A stretch of DNA of 37,593 nt, from positions 1 to 37,593 of the forward strand of contig JAHLWP010000039.1 of NCBI GenBank assembly GCA_019057865.1, written 5' to 3'. Under the pieces are notes generated by a model that was given only the letters and a program-made list of their open reading frames with translations, made no database searches and had not been told where the DNA came from. This DNA is from Promethearchaeota archaeon (lineage in GTDB: Archaea; Asgardarchaeota; Lokiarchaeia; Sigyniarchaeales; SOKP01). Below, in pieces: positions 9,002 through 17,760 of the stretch. Made by a program: the position numbers and the translations under genes. Each line of letters begins with the position of its first letter. Positions within the stretch are counted from its first letter, which is position 1.

Positions 9002-10666
9002 ATGATAAGGAAACGGTATCAACTAAATTGGATGTTTGAATGTCCTGAAGCGGTTTTAACGTGTTCTATTTTAAGATGTCATAATAATAATTACTTAGTA
9101 TTTGGTGGACACGATAAGACATTATATCTTATGGACGAGAAAATGAATATTGTAGATGATAGAGCATTTGATGGTTGGTGTCGATGTAGTTATGCTATTG
9201 ATTTAGATGGAGATGGAATTGATGAGATTTTAGTTGGAGCAGGAGATGGAAGTTTCATGGTTTTAAAGTTAAACATCGAGAAGCAGAAGTTAGTAGGGAT
9301 TATGCGATATAGATCTACAGGGAAGGTAAATTGTTGTATTGCTGGCGATTTTACTAGAAATAGTAAAGCAGATTTAATATTTGGAGGCGAAGACAAAACT
9401 CTTAAAATTTTTGATAGTGTAAGTTCTAAAGAACCAAAATTCGTATTCTATTATGATTCTTGGGTAACAGCTTGTACTTTGGGATATTTAAAATTACCTG
9501 ATAATAAAATACCTATATATGGATTATTAGTTGGTACTAAAAATGGTTCAGTTCAATTAATCCAAATTCAAGAAGGTAGCCCTGATATTATTTGGCAAAA
9601 AGATTTTCATTCCCAGATTAATGATATTAAAGTTGGAGATGTCACAAATGATGGATTTAATGAAATTATTTTATGTACTGACGATTCTAACATTAAAGTC
9701 CTTAACAGTGAAGGCGAACTCTTAAAAGAGATCCCAACCGATGAAGGACGGCCACTTTCCTTATTAATTGAAGATATAGACGGTGATAATGCCAAGGAAA
9801 TTATTGCTGGATGTGCTGATGGCTCATTAAAAATTTTTCACAATCCTTCCTTGAATTCTAAAGAGATTGAGTTAAAATGGAAAACAAAAGTATCCACTTC
9901 TATTCAAGACATCTGTTATCTTATGGGGACGGAACAAGATGTAAAACATATAGTATTCGGGGGATATGATAGAGCTATACGAAATCTTACAGATTTTGAA
10001 TGGGGAAAAAAACCTATTTTGGAAATTCCTCAACAAATTCAAATTCCAGAAGTGCAAATAAGTGAAGAGAAGAAGATTGAAGAAGAGTTTAAAATAGAAA
10101 AAGTACCCACCAATATAAGAGAATATATTTTTAAAATCCTAAAAGATGTAGGATTTTTGCAGGATTTAATTAAGGAATTAATGAAGCTAGGATATACTCG
10201 TAGTGAGATTCTTGAAGAATTTGAAATAATGAGAACACAGAAAATGATCACCTATGAAAAAGTCACATATCCAGTTTGGAGTTTGCCTGGAGAAGAAAAG
10301 CCAGAAAAAGCTGAGGAAGTTGAAATTCCAGCAGAGGAACCAAAAGTTGTTGTGAAACCTATGGTAATTGAAGAAGTTACCAAATCTGATAAAGAAAGAT
10401 TAGTTGATGCACTTGATCTTTATTCAGAAGAATCTGAAGAAGCTGTCCCAACTGCTAAACCTACTTCTGATAAATCATTAAATAATGTTATTATTGATTA
10501 TTTAAAACAAAATAAACTTGTTACTACTAAAAATAAATTTGTAGAGGATATAGTGAAGAAAGGATTTAAGAAAAATATTGTTGAAAAAGAAATCGAATCA
10601 TTGAAAGAACAAGGAATAATTACCTATTCACGAGGAAAACCACGTGGTTGGAGTTTAGCTAAATAA
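9002..10666 (+). CDS. FG-GAP/VCBS-type beta-propeller protein (BBS2/ITFG2-like blades) with two C-terminal winged-helix-like domains
   Basis: Four DxxxDGxxE(I/L)-type blades: DLDGDGIDEILVG, GDFTRNSKADLIFG, GDVTNDGFNEIIL, EDIDGDNAKEIIAG. These alternate with WD-like blades (VFGGHDKTL, LVGTKNGSV, VFGGYDRAI). Two related helical modules end in ITY...WSL. No signal peptide. Confidence 0.75.
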   Translation: MIRKRYQLNWMFECPEAVLTCSILRCHNNNYLVFGGHDKTLYLMDEKMNIVDDRAFDGWCRCSYAIDLDGDGIDEILVGAGDGSFMVLKLNIEKQKLVGIMRYRSTGKVNCCIAGDFTRNSKADLIFGGEDKTLKIFDSVSSKEPKFVFYYDSWVTACTLGYLKLPDNKIPIYGLLVGTKNGSVQLIQIQEGSPDIIWQKDFHSQINDIKVGDVTNDGFNEIILCTDDSNIKVLNSEGELLKEIPTDEGRPLSLLIEDIDGDNAKEIIAGCADGSLKIFHNPSLNSKEIELKWKTKVSTSIQDICYLMGTEQDVKHIVFGGYDRAIRNLTDFEWGKKPILEIPQQIQIPEVQISEEKKIEEEFKIEKVPTNIREYIFKILKDVGFLQDLIKELMKLGYTRSEILEEFEIMRTQKMITYEKVTYPVWSLPGEEKPEKAEEVEIPAEEPKVVVKPMVIEEVTKSDKERLVDALDLYSEESEEAVPTAKPTSDKSLNNVIIDYLKQNKLVTTKNKFVEDIVKKGFKKNIVEKEIESLKEQGIITYSRGKPRGWSLAK

Positions 10667-10696
10667 TAAAGTTTTAGAATTCTTAAAAAGGAAAAC

Positions 10697-11131
10697 TTAT
10701 TCGAAGAATGCTTTTATCTCATCTAAAAAAGATTCGAATTGATTTAATTCTGTAAAATCGCTATTGTAATATCTTTGATTAAATAATTCTAAAATAGGTT
10801 CTGCAGTATCAAAAAACTTCTTTACTAATTTATCTGGATTCTTCTTTTTTTTGTCTACTAAGCCATACATAATAATAGGTTCTTTTGAATTACTATCGTT
10901 TGATTTTATTTCTGAAATTTTGAAAATAAAAAGAATTGAACCCGATTCTAAATATTCTAAAGATGTGTTATTGAATGCGCTTTGAGCAAATGTGTTTATT
11001 GCTGAAATAAAAGCCCCTCTTAGATCTTTTGCAACACCCTTTTTTTTTTGAGTAGGTAACTCTTTAAGGCTGTAATTTATAAGCACAAAACCTCGAAAGA
11101 CTATTCCTAACTCATAGAGATATTCGCTCAA
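10697..11131 (-). CDS. Stand-alone longin-fold (sigma/sedlin-like) protein
   Basis: 144 aa with a beta-beta-alpha-beta-beta-beta-alpha-alpha pattern. 'DLRGAFISAINTFA', 'LEYLESGSILFIF', 'ILELFNQRY' and 'FESF...I' match my recollection of Asgard longin-like proteins. The TTG start is uncertain. Confidence 0.7.
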   Translation of the reverse strand: MSEYLYELGIVFRGFVLINYSLKELPTQKKKGVAKDLRGAFISAINTFAQSAFNNTSLEYLESGSILFIFKISEIKSNDSNSKEPIIMYGLVDKKKKNPDKLVKKFFDTAEPILELFNQRYYNSDFTELNQFESFLDEIKAFFE

Positions 11132-11342
11132 AGGCGCGATAACAGATCCACCTAGTTTAAAATGATGTAAAAAGATTAATTTAAGGTTTTAACAAATTTT
11201 ATTAGTTAAATTTCCAATAGATCATATTAAGAAATTAAAAGACTTTTTACTATTTAATTTTAAATATAATTTTAAACTTGCTTAAAAATTGCGATTTACT
11301 AAAAGATATAATAAATTGTAATATACTTATATGTAAATAATA

Positions 11343-12029
11343 TTAAAATAAGAAAGAATTTCCTACACATATTCTTTGATATTGGTTAGGAAATTGTTCA
11401 CGAATCAATTTTATGTGTTTTGTGCAATGACATGCTCCGATTACATTAACCCCATTTAAATAAGAAAACTTATCAAAACCATGAAATCCGCCTATTATAG
11501 CTGTAATTTTGTATAATTTTTGTGCTTCTAGAATAAATTTCTCTAATCCTGGATGAGCACAACCAACAATTATTATAATTTCATTATTTTTAGTTCTTAA
11601 AAATAGAGCCTGTTCCTTTGTAGAATGCTGCCCAAATTGACCTGACGAATATAAATTTTTTCCAATTATGGTTAATTCTGAAATACCATAAACTTTCGAT
11701 TCAAAAAATGCTTTTTTATACGGTATTAGATTTGCTATAGGGACATATATTTCAATATTAGGGTTTAATTTATAGATTCCCTCTAAACCACCAGCATGGT
11801 CGCTATGATTGTGTGAAATTATAACTTTTTTAATTCTGGAGATATCGACATTTAATTTACTAATATTATGAAGTAAAGTCTTGCTATTTCCTCCTGTGTC
11901 AAAAAGTAAATAATCTTGAGATGAAAAATTATAAATTAATACCGAAAATCCAAATCCGGGTAAAAATCCTTCCTCTACACACTTATTATCGAATACAATA
12001 CTAAGTTGAAAGGACAAATTTGAATTCAT
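11343..12029 (-). CDS. MBL-fold metallo-hydrolase (archaeal MJ0301/MJ0448-like family)
   Basis: FDN...GFS.LI, LLFDTG, ISHNHSDHAGG (HxHxDH), EQAL, GCAHPG, IIGGFH, CHCT. Confidence 0.85.
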   Translation of the reverse strand: MNSNLSFQLSIVFDNKCVEEGFLPGFGFSVLIYNFSSQDYLLFDTGGNSKTLLHNISKLNVDISRIKKVIISHNHSDHAGGLEGIYKLNPNIEIYVPIANLIPYKKAFFESKVYGISELTIIGKNLYSSGQFGQHSTKEQALFLRTKNNEIIIIVGCAHPGLEKFILEAQKLYKITAIIGGFHGFDKFSYLNGVNVIGACHCTKHIKLIREQFPNQYQRICVGNSFLF

Positions 12030-12063
12030 ATATTTTGAATAATGATTCTTTATTCAAAAACTA

Positions 12064-12849
12064 CTATAATTTTTTAATTAAAATAATAGCATTGTTTGGA
12101 CATTTAGAGACACATATACCACAACCAAAACATCTAATAGAATTGAATTGCAATTCTCCATCTTCTATAGTTCTCGCACCAAAATAACACCAATCTTTGC
12201 AATCTTCACAATTAGAACATTTTTCTAAATATGTTTTGGCTAAAAAATCACTTTTTATCATTTGTGGAGATCCACTTGATAGAAATTTATTTAAAATAAC
12301 ACAACAACAAGGACAGCAATTACAAATTATATAATAAAATTGAGGATTTGGGAAGTAAATTAATTGATGAACTAATCCTCTTTTATCACATTCTTCTAAT
12401 AGCTTTATTATTTTCCTTTTTGGAACTTTTTTTAGATTGTAAGATTTATAGGGGATTTCATATAAAGATTTCCCAAAACTAAGATGAATACAGGTATAAA
12501 GTGGATGATCACAATTAGGATCTCCATATTTTCGTTGTACAGATCTGCAATAACACCAACTAATCCCTGCAACCTTTGAACGAGCCAAAATTTCTAATAT
12601 TTCTTGTGAAGGCACAAATCTTGAATCAAAATTAATATTTTTATTTAGGGGTACAACTCTTCCTCCCCAACGCCCTTTTAAAATATATTTATTGAGTATA
12701 CCCATAGTATATATATTGAATTTTTTATCGATTCGACGAAAAAATTCGAGGATATAGAATTCAGAGATTCCAAATAAACTTGAAAGTAGTTTGCCAAGAG
12801 CAGGAATCCTTTTTATGATTCTATCGATCTTAGATCCAAATAATTTCAA
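12064..12849 (-). CDS. 4Fe-4S binding protein with a Cys-rich central domain
   Basis: CYCR, CDHP..TCI, ICNCCPCCC, and two ferredoxin motifs (CSNCEDCKDWC, CFGCGICVSKCP). Confidence 0.85.
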   Translation of the reverse strand: MKLFGSKIDRIIKRIPALGKLLSSLFGISEFYILEFFRRIDKKFNIYTMGILNKYILKGRWGGRVVPLNKNINFDSRFVPSQEILEILARSKVAGISWCYCRSVQRKYGDPNCDHPLYTCIHLSFGKSLYEIPYKSYNLKKVPKRKIIKLLEECDKRGLVHQLIYFPNPQFYYIICNCCPCCCVILNKFLSSGSPQMIKSDFLAKTYLEKCSNCEDCKDWCYFGARTIEDGELQFNSIRCFGCGICVSKCPNNAIILIKKL

Positions 12850-12922
12850 TATAATCGAAAAATTAATCCACTCAATTTAATTTTTATTATAAGATAATAA
12901 TAAATAATTGAGGTTAAAGAAA

Positions 12923-13465
12923 ATGGGAGAAAAAGTGGTATTTATTCAAGGAGAGCAAATAGATTTATTAGTAAAAAATATAGATCATAGTAAGATATAT
13001 CATAAATGGGTGAATAATCCAATTGTTCGGAAGTATCTATCTGTAGAGGTTCCAGAATCTCTAGAAGTAATAAAAAAGGAGTGGTTTCCAGACTATAGAG
13101 ATTACAAGAATATATGGTTTGAAATTTGGCATAAAGAAGACCAAATACCAATAGGAATGGTTGGTTTAATTAGAATAAATTACATCTATCGAAATGCAGA
13201 AATAGGTATTTATATCGGAGAGACTGAATATTGGGGAAAAGGTATAGGCACTGAAGCTATTAATTTAATGCTTGGTTATGCCTTTAACACGTTGAACTTT
13301 CACAAGATAGTGGTGGGTGTTAATGCGAATAATACTCAATCATTAAAAATATTTAAGAAAATTGGGTTTGTCGAAGAGGGGCATCTAAAAGATATGGAGT
13401 TTATTAATGGAGAATGGACAGATTTAAAATGGTTAAGTATATTTAAGAAAAATAGAAAAGGTTAG
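12923..13465 (+). CDS. GNAT family N-acetyltransferase (RimJ/RimL/SpeG-like)
   Basis: AEIGIYIGE..YWGKGIGTEA, AF..LN.HKI, N..S...FKKIGF.EEG. Start taken at ATG 12923 (track gives TTG 12908). Confidence 0.9.
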   Translation: MGEKVVFIQGEQIDLLVKNIDHSKIYHKWVNNPIVRKYLSVEVPESLEVIKKEWFPDYRDYKNIWFEIWHKEDQIPIGMVGLIRINYIYRNAEIGIYIGETEYWGKGIGTEAINLMLGYAFNTLNFHKIVVGVNANNTQSLKIFKKIGFVEEGHLKDMEFINGEWTDLKWLSIFKKNRKG

Positions 13466-13561
13466 GAAAATGAGAAAGAAAGTAAAAGAATTTGATGAAA
13501 ATATTTTTATAATTATCGCAAACCCAAAAATTATATTCAATTTCCTTCAAATGTAATAATT

Positions 13562-14080
13562 ATGACGAAAAAAAATATCAATGTTTTATTTGATGAAAAA
13601 ATTAAAGAATTAGAAGAAATTTTACCTAAAATAGAAACTGATAGAAACTGTGCTGCGCTTACTCTAACAAATATCCTTGAGATTCTTGGACTAGATAACT
13701 TTTATTTTTATAATCTTGCGGTCCCTCTAGCAGGAGGATTTGGCGGTTTCAAGTCACTAAAAGGCTGGAAAGGACCTTGTGGTGCAGTTTGTGGAGGTTG
13801 TGCGGCAATTGGTATAATTCTTGGAGGGCATAAAAAATTAAAATATGACCAACAATTGGAAGCATATCAAACAGCAGCTAAATTTGTGCATTACTTCGAA
13901 AAGAAATTTGGGTCGACCTCTTGTTATGAATTGTGTGGAATAGAGTTTAATGATTTAGATTCTGTGAATAATTATATTGAGAATAAAAAATGGGAAAATC
14001 AATGTTATAAGTATGTAATATTTGCTATTGATAAAGTAAGGGAATTAACAGCCTCAGATCTAAAAAAGAAATGGAAATAG
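13562..14080 (+). CDS. C-GCAxxG-C-C family putative redox protein
   Basis: NCA, LAGGFGG, GPCGAVCGG, FEKKFGSTSCYEL.G, and a late Cys. Confidence 0.85.
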   Translation: MTKKNINVLFDEKIKELEEILPKIETDRNCAALTLTNILEILGLDNFYFYNLAVPLAGGFGGFKSLKGWKGPCGAVCGGCAAIGIILGGHKKLKYDQQLEAYQTAAKFVHYFEKKFGSTSCYELCGIEFNDLDSVNNYIENKKWENQCYKYVIFAIDKVRELTASDLKKKWK

Positions 14081-14224
14081 CAATCAATAATATCTTGTAT
14101 ATAAAAAATATCATTTAGTCTGAGTAAAAATTATACTTTCGAAATTATAAATTTTTTAAACTAATATTGGTTTATTACAATTATTCAAAAAAAATTATTT
14201 TCTATACGAAAATAGGTAATTGAT

Positions 14225-14470
14225 ATGGCTTACGAAGAAGAATCAAGATTTTGTCCTTATTGTGGTGTGAAGTTAAAACATCCTTACTGGCAACATGTTC
14301 AGAAAAAGCATCCAGATAAATATTCTCAAAAAGAAACTTGGGTTAAATTATATCAAGATTATATTGGTGTAGGAATGGACAAAGAAAAATCTTTAGAGGT
14401 CATTTCTGAATTATTCAATGCAACTGAAGATGAAATTGAATCTTTTCTGAGAAATTCTAATGCCTTATAA
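14225..14470 (+). CDS. Small C2H2-type zinc-finger protein with a helical C-terminus
   Basis: CPYC-x10-H-x4-H (CPYCGVKLKHPYWQHVQKKHP). Confidence 0.75.
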   Translation: MAYEEESRFCPYCGVKLKHPYWQHVQKKHPDKYSQKETWVKLYQDYIGVGMDKEKSLEVISELFNATEDEIESFLRNSNAL

Positions 14471-14574
14471 CGTATTTTTTAACATTCTTCAAATAATTTG
14501 CTTAAAAAAATATAGTAAAAAAATTAAAATAATTAAGAATTAAATAAAACTTCATTAAAGCTAAAAAATTTGAA

Positions 14575-14871
14575 TTAAAACTCCTCTTCTTCTTCGTCTT
14601 CTTTTAGGAGTCCTGCCTGTTTTAGCATGTCTTCAACACTATCCCGAGTTTTAATAACTTGCTCATTTTCCTGGAGATTTAACCTTTCTATCATATCGTC
14701 ACTAAATTCCACGAATTTTTTTATAGCATCACTTGAAAAATCTTTCACTTTTTCAGCAGTTTCCTCAATAAATTCTTTTCCAGATTCTCCGAAAACACTC
14801 CCTACAAAATCTACGAATGCTTGATTCATTTTCTCTAAGAAATTTTCTTTTTCTTCTCCTTCATCACTCAT
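14575..14871 (-). CDS. Hypothetical acidic alpha-helical protein
   Basis: ATG start, amphipathic helical pattern, acidic tail EDEEEEEF. Confidence 0.75.
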   Translation of the reverse strand: MSDEGEEKENFLEKMNQAFVDFVGSVFGESGKEFIEETAEKVKDFSSDAIKKFVEFSDDMIERLNLQENEQVIKTRDSVEDMLKQAGLLKEDEEEEEF

Positions 14872-14956
14872 TTTATTTCACTAATTTTTAATGTTTATTA
14901 TAGTAATTTTTTAAAATATTAAAATCCATACTTCTTTTTCTTAAATCTTAATCTAT

Positions 14957-16156
14957 TTATATAATTTTTTTTCGCTTCAAATTCTTCAGATCATCACTAG
15001 TATAACCAAGTAATCCACAATAAATCTCTTCATTATTAGCACCAAATTCCGGACCTGGAGCATTAACAGAACCTTTTGTTTCGGAGAAATTGATTAATCT
15101 ATTGGGAATTGTTGCTTTTTCAACACCCCATTTGGCAAAATCAAACTGATCACATAACATTCCTCTTGCCCTTAGGTTTGGATGATTATGAACTTCATTA
15201 ATGGTTAGGGTTTTTCCACATGGAATTCTGAATTCGTCAAGTTGGTTTATAGCTTCTTCTCTTGTTACAGTACTTGTCCATTCTTCTATAATCTTATCTA
15301 ATTCATCTACGTAAGAAAACCGCTTAATTATATTATTAAATCTATTATCTTTTTGTAAATCTGGTCTCTTCAAAACTTTTTCACATAGTCTTATCCATTG
15401 GTTTTCAGTCAGAGTTGTAAATACAATTTTTTTACCATCTTTAGTATTGTATTGATTGTAAACAGGTAGAAATTTCCCTCCTACATCAATTTTTGATGCC
15501 AAAGGGATAAATTCTTTTGCTTGAGCTCTAATATTGATGGCAAACATGATATCATGCATAGAAATATCAATAAATTGACCTTTTCCTGTCTTTTCTCTAT
15601 AATAAAGTGCTTGACTAATCCCAATAGCCGCGATATGACCTGCGGTATAATCTGCAATAGGAAGTCTCGGAGGGCCTTCTTTAAATCCTAAAGCATCTAA
15701 GATACCTGCCTCTGCTTGAATAATAATATCGAAAGCTGTTTTATTGATGTATTCTTCTAAACCCTCATTACCATATCCCGAAATTTTGGCATATATTAAT
15801 TTTGGATTGATTTTTTTTAATATATCATATCCGATACCCCACTTTTCCATTGTTCCTCTTACAAAGTTTTCTAATACTACATCTGATTTTTCCACTAATT
15901 TCTTGAAAATTTCTTGAGCTTCTACTTTTCTTAAATCCAAGGAAATTGATTTTTTTCCTCTGTTTAATATAGAAAATAAGGGAAACATGGTTTTATCATA
16001 TAAAACAAAATATCGGAAACTTTCACCAAATGGCGGGGGCTCTACCTTAATTACCTCTGCTCCTTGGTCAGTAAAAAATATACCAGTCCAAGGTCCAGAG
16101 ATAAATTGAGAGCAATCTAAAATTCTCAATCCATCAAATATTTTAGACATAAACAT
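14957..16156 (-). CDS. CoA transferase family III (CaiB/BaiF)
   Basis: GLRILD...ISGP, GAEVIKVEPP..GE..R, NRGKKSISLDL, DVVLENF..G.MEKWG.GY..L..INP.LIY..ISGYG, and the catalytic-region 'IADY.AG'. Confidence 0.93.
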   Translation of the reverse strand: MFMSKIFDGLRILDCSQFISGPWTGIFFTDQGAEVIKVEPPPFGESFRYFVLYDKTMFPLFSILNRGKKSISLDLRKVEAQEIFKKLVEKSDVVLENFVRGTMEKWGIGYDILKKINPKLIYAKISGYGNEGLEEYINKTAFDIIIQAEAGILDALGFKEGPPRLPIADYTAGHIAAIGISQALYYREKTGKGQFIDISMHDIMFAINIRAQAKEFIPLASKIDVGGKFLPVYNQYNTKDGKKIVFTTLTENQWIRLCEKVLKRPDLQKDNRFNNIIKRFSYVDELDKIIEEWTSTVTREEAINQLDEFRIPCGKTLTINEVHNHPNLRARGMLCDQFDFAKWGVEKATIPNRLINFSETKGSVNAPGPEFGANNEEIYCGLLGYTSDDLKNLKRKKII

Positions 16157-16218
16157 CGTAGATATGTTTTATTTATATTTTAAAGTGATGAAATCTTTTT
16201 AAAAATAAGTGAAAATAT

Positions 16219-17709
16219 ATGAGTGAACATCATTTCCTGCATGGATTTCTAAATCCTAAAAGTATTGCGATTTATGGAGCTAATAATAAAGGTAATTCCT
16301 TAGCTGCCCTTCAAATTATGAATTTAATCAAATCAGGATATGATGGAAAGGTATACCCTATACATTTAAATTTAAAGACAGTGATGGGATTTAAAGCACA
16401 TAAATCTATTGCTAACGTTCCAGAGATTCCTGATCTTGTAGTTATCGTCCTCCCAGCTAAAGTAGTCCCTCAAATTTTTAGGGAGTGTGGAGTAAAAGGA
16501 GTAAAAAGGATAGTTTTAATTTCGGGAGGTTTTCGTGAATTAGTTGGAGATCGCAAAAATACCCTAACAGAAGAAATAAACGATATAGCTAAAGAGTATG
16601 GAATTAGATTTATTGGTCCTAATTGTTTGGGTGTTTTTAATAATTGGTATGGACCAGAAAAAGAAATAAAATCGTTCAATATCTTTATTTGGGAGAACCT
16701 TAAAAGGAGTAAATTTTCAATTGCATCGCAAAGTGGTACACTTTCATGCCACATTTGGTATGATCCAGAAAATTTAGATTTAGGATTGAGTAGATCTTTA
16801 TCTGTAGGAAATGAGGCTAATATTGATATTGTTGATTGCTTGGAATATTATAAAGATGATCCCTACACAGAAATTATAGGAATATATATTGAAGAACTAA
16901 AAAGAGGGAAAAGATTTTTAGAATTAGCAAGAGAAATTAATCCCAAGAAACCAATTATTGCTATGTATGTAGGTGGTACTGAAGCAGGAAATCGTGCTTT
17001 ACAGAGTCACACAGGAGCACTAACAGGTGATTCAAAGATATTTGATGCAGTGCCTAAAGAAGCGGGAATAATCAGAACAGATTATGTTCAAGAATTTTTA
17101 GATATTGCGTTAATTTTATCAAGGGGAATCCTACCAAAAGGCAATCGATTAGGAATTATTACAAATTCAGGTGGTCCAGGGGCAATGGTTGCTAATAACG
17201 CTGAAAAGCATGGTTTAGTAGTCCCAGAACTTTCTAAAAGGCTCCAAGAAGAGTTAAAAGAAATTTTACCTGTAACAGCAAGTTTTAAAAATCCTATAGA
17301 TTGTACTTTCGACATGAATTTAGCATATTTCTACATTGCCTTACCCGAAATCTTAATGAAATCAGGAGAAATTGATGCTATTATTCAATATGGAGTTGTG
17401 GGATTTCAGGATGTAATGGATGATTATTTATCATATGAAAAGATTGCTAAACACGCTGAATTTCAGCATCAACCTGAGCAAATTATTGATGCCTTAGCTG
17501 AAAAATTAGTTCAACCAACAATAAAAAATTCAAAAAAGTATTCAATACCAATATTACATATAAGCCCTATGAATTATAATACTCCTTGGTCTAAGCAATT
17601 AAGGAAAAATGGTGTAATTCTTTTTAGATTATGGGATCGTCCAGTTAATGCTTTAGCAAAAATTTGCGAATATGTTAAGTTTAAACGAAACATCTTAAAA
17701 TTAAATTAA
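16219..17709 (+). CDS. ADP-forming acyl/acetate-CoA ligase, alpha subunit (CoA-binding)
   Basis: NPKSIAIYGA, PDLVVIVLPA, GPNCLG, SQSG, SVGNEA, phospho-His motif SHTGAL, TNSGGPG, NPID. Confidence 0.9.
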   Translation: MSEHHFLHGFLNPKSIAIYGANNKGNSLAALQIMNLIKSGYDGKVYPIHLNLKTVMGFKAHKSIANVPEIPDLVVIVLPAKVVPQIFRECGVKGVKRIVLISGGFRELVGDRKNTLTEEINDIAKEYGIRFIGPNCLGVFNNWYGPEKEIKSFNIFIWENLKRSKFSIASQSGTLSCHIWYDPENLDLGLSRSLSVGNEANIDIVDCLEYYKDDPYTEIIGIYIEELKRGKRFLELAREINPKKPIIAMYVGGTEAGNRALQSHTGALTGDSKIFDAVPKEAGIIRTDYVQEFLDIALILSRGILPKGNRLGIITNSGGPGAMVANNAEKHGLVVPELSKRLQEELKEILPVTASFKNPIDCTFDMNLAYFYIALPEILMKSGEIDAIIQYGVVGFQDVMDDYLSYEKIAKHAEFQHQPEQIIDALAEKLVQPTIKNSKKYSIPILHISPMNYNTPWSKQLRKNGVILFRLWDRPVNALAKICEYVKFKRNILKLN

Positions 17710-17760
17710 TTTTATTTCAATTATTGGAGAATCATTTAACAGAAATAAGTTGTGAATATT

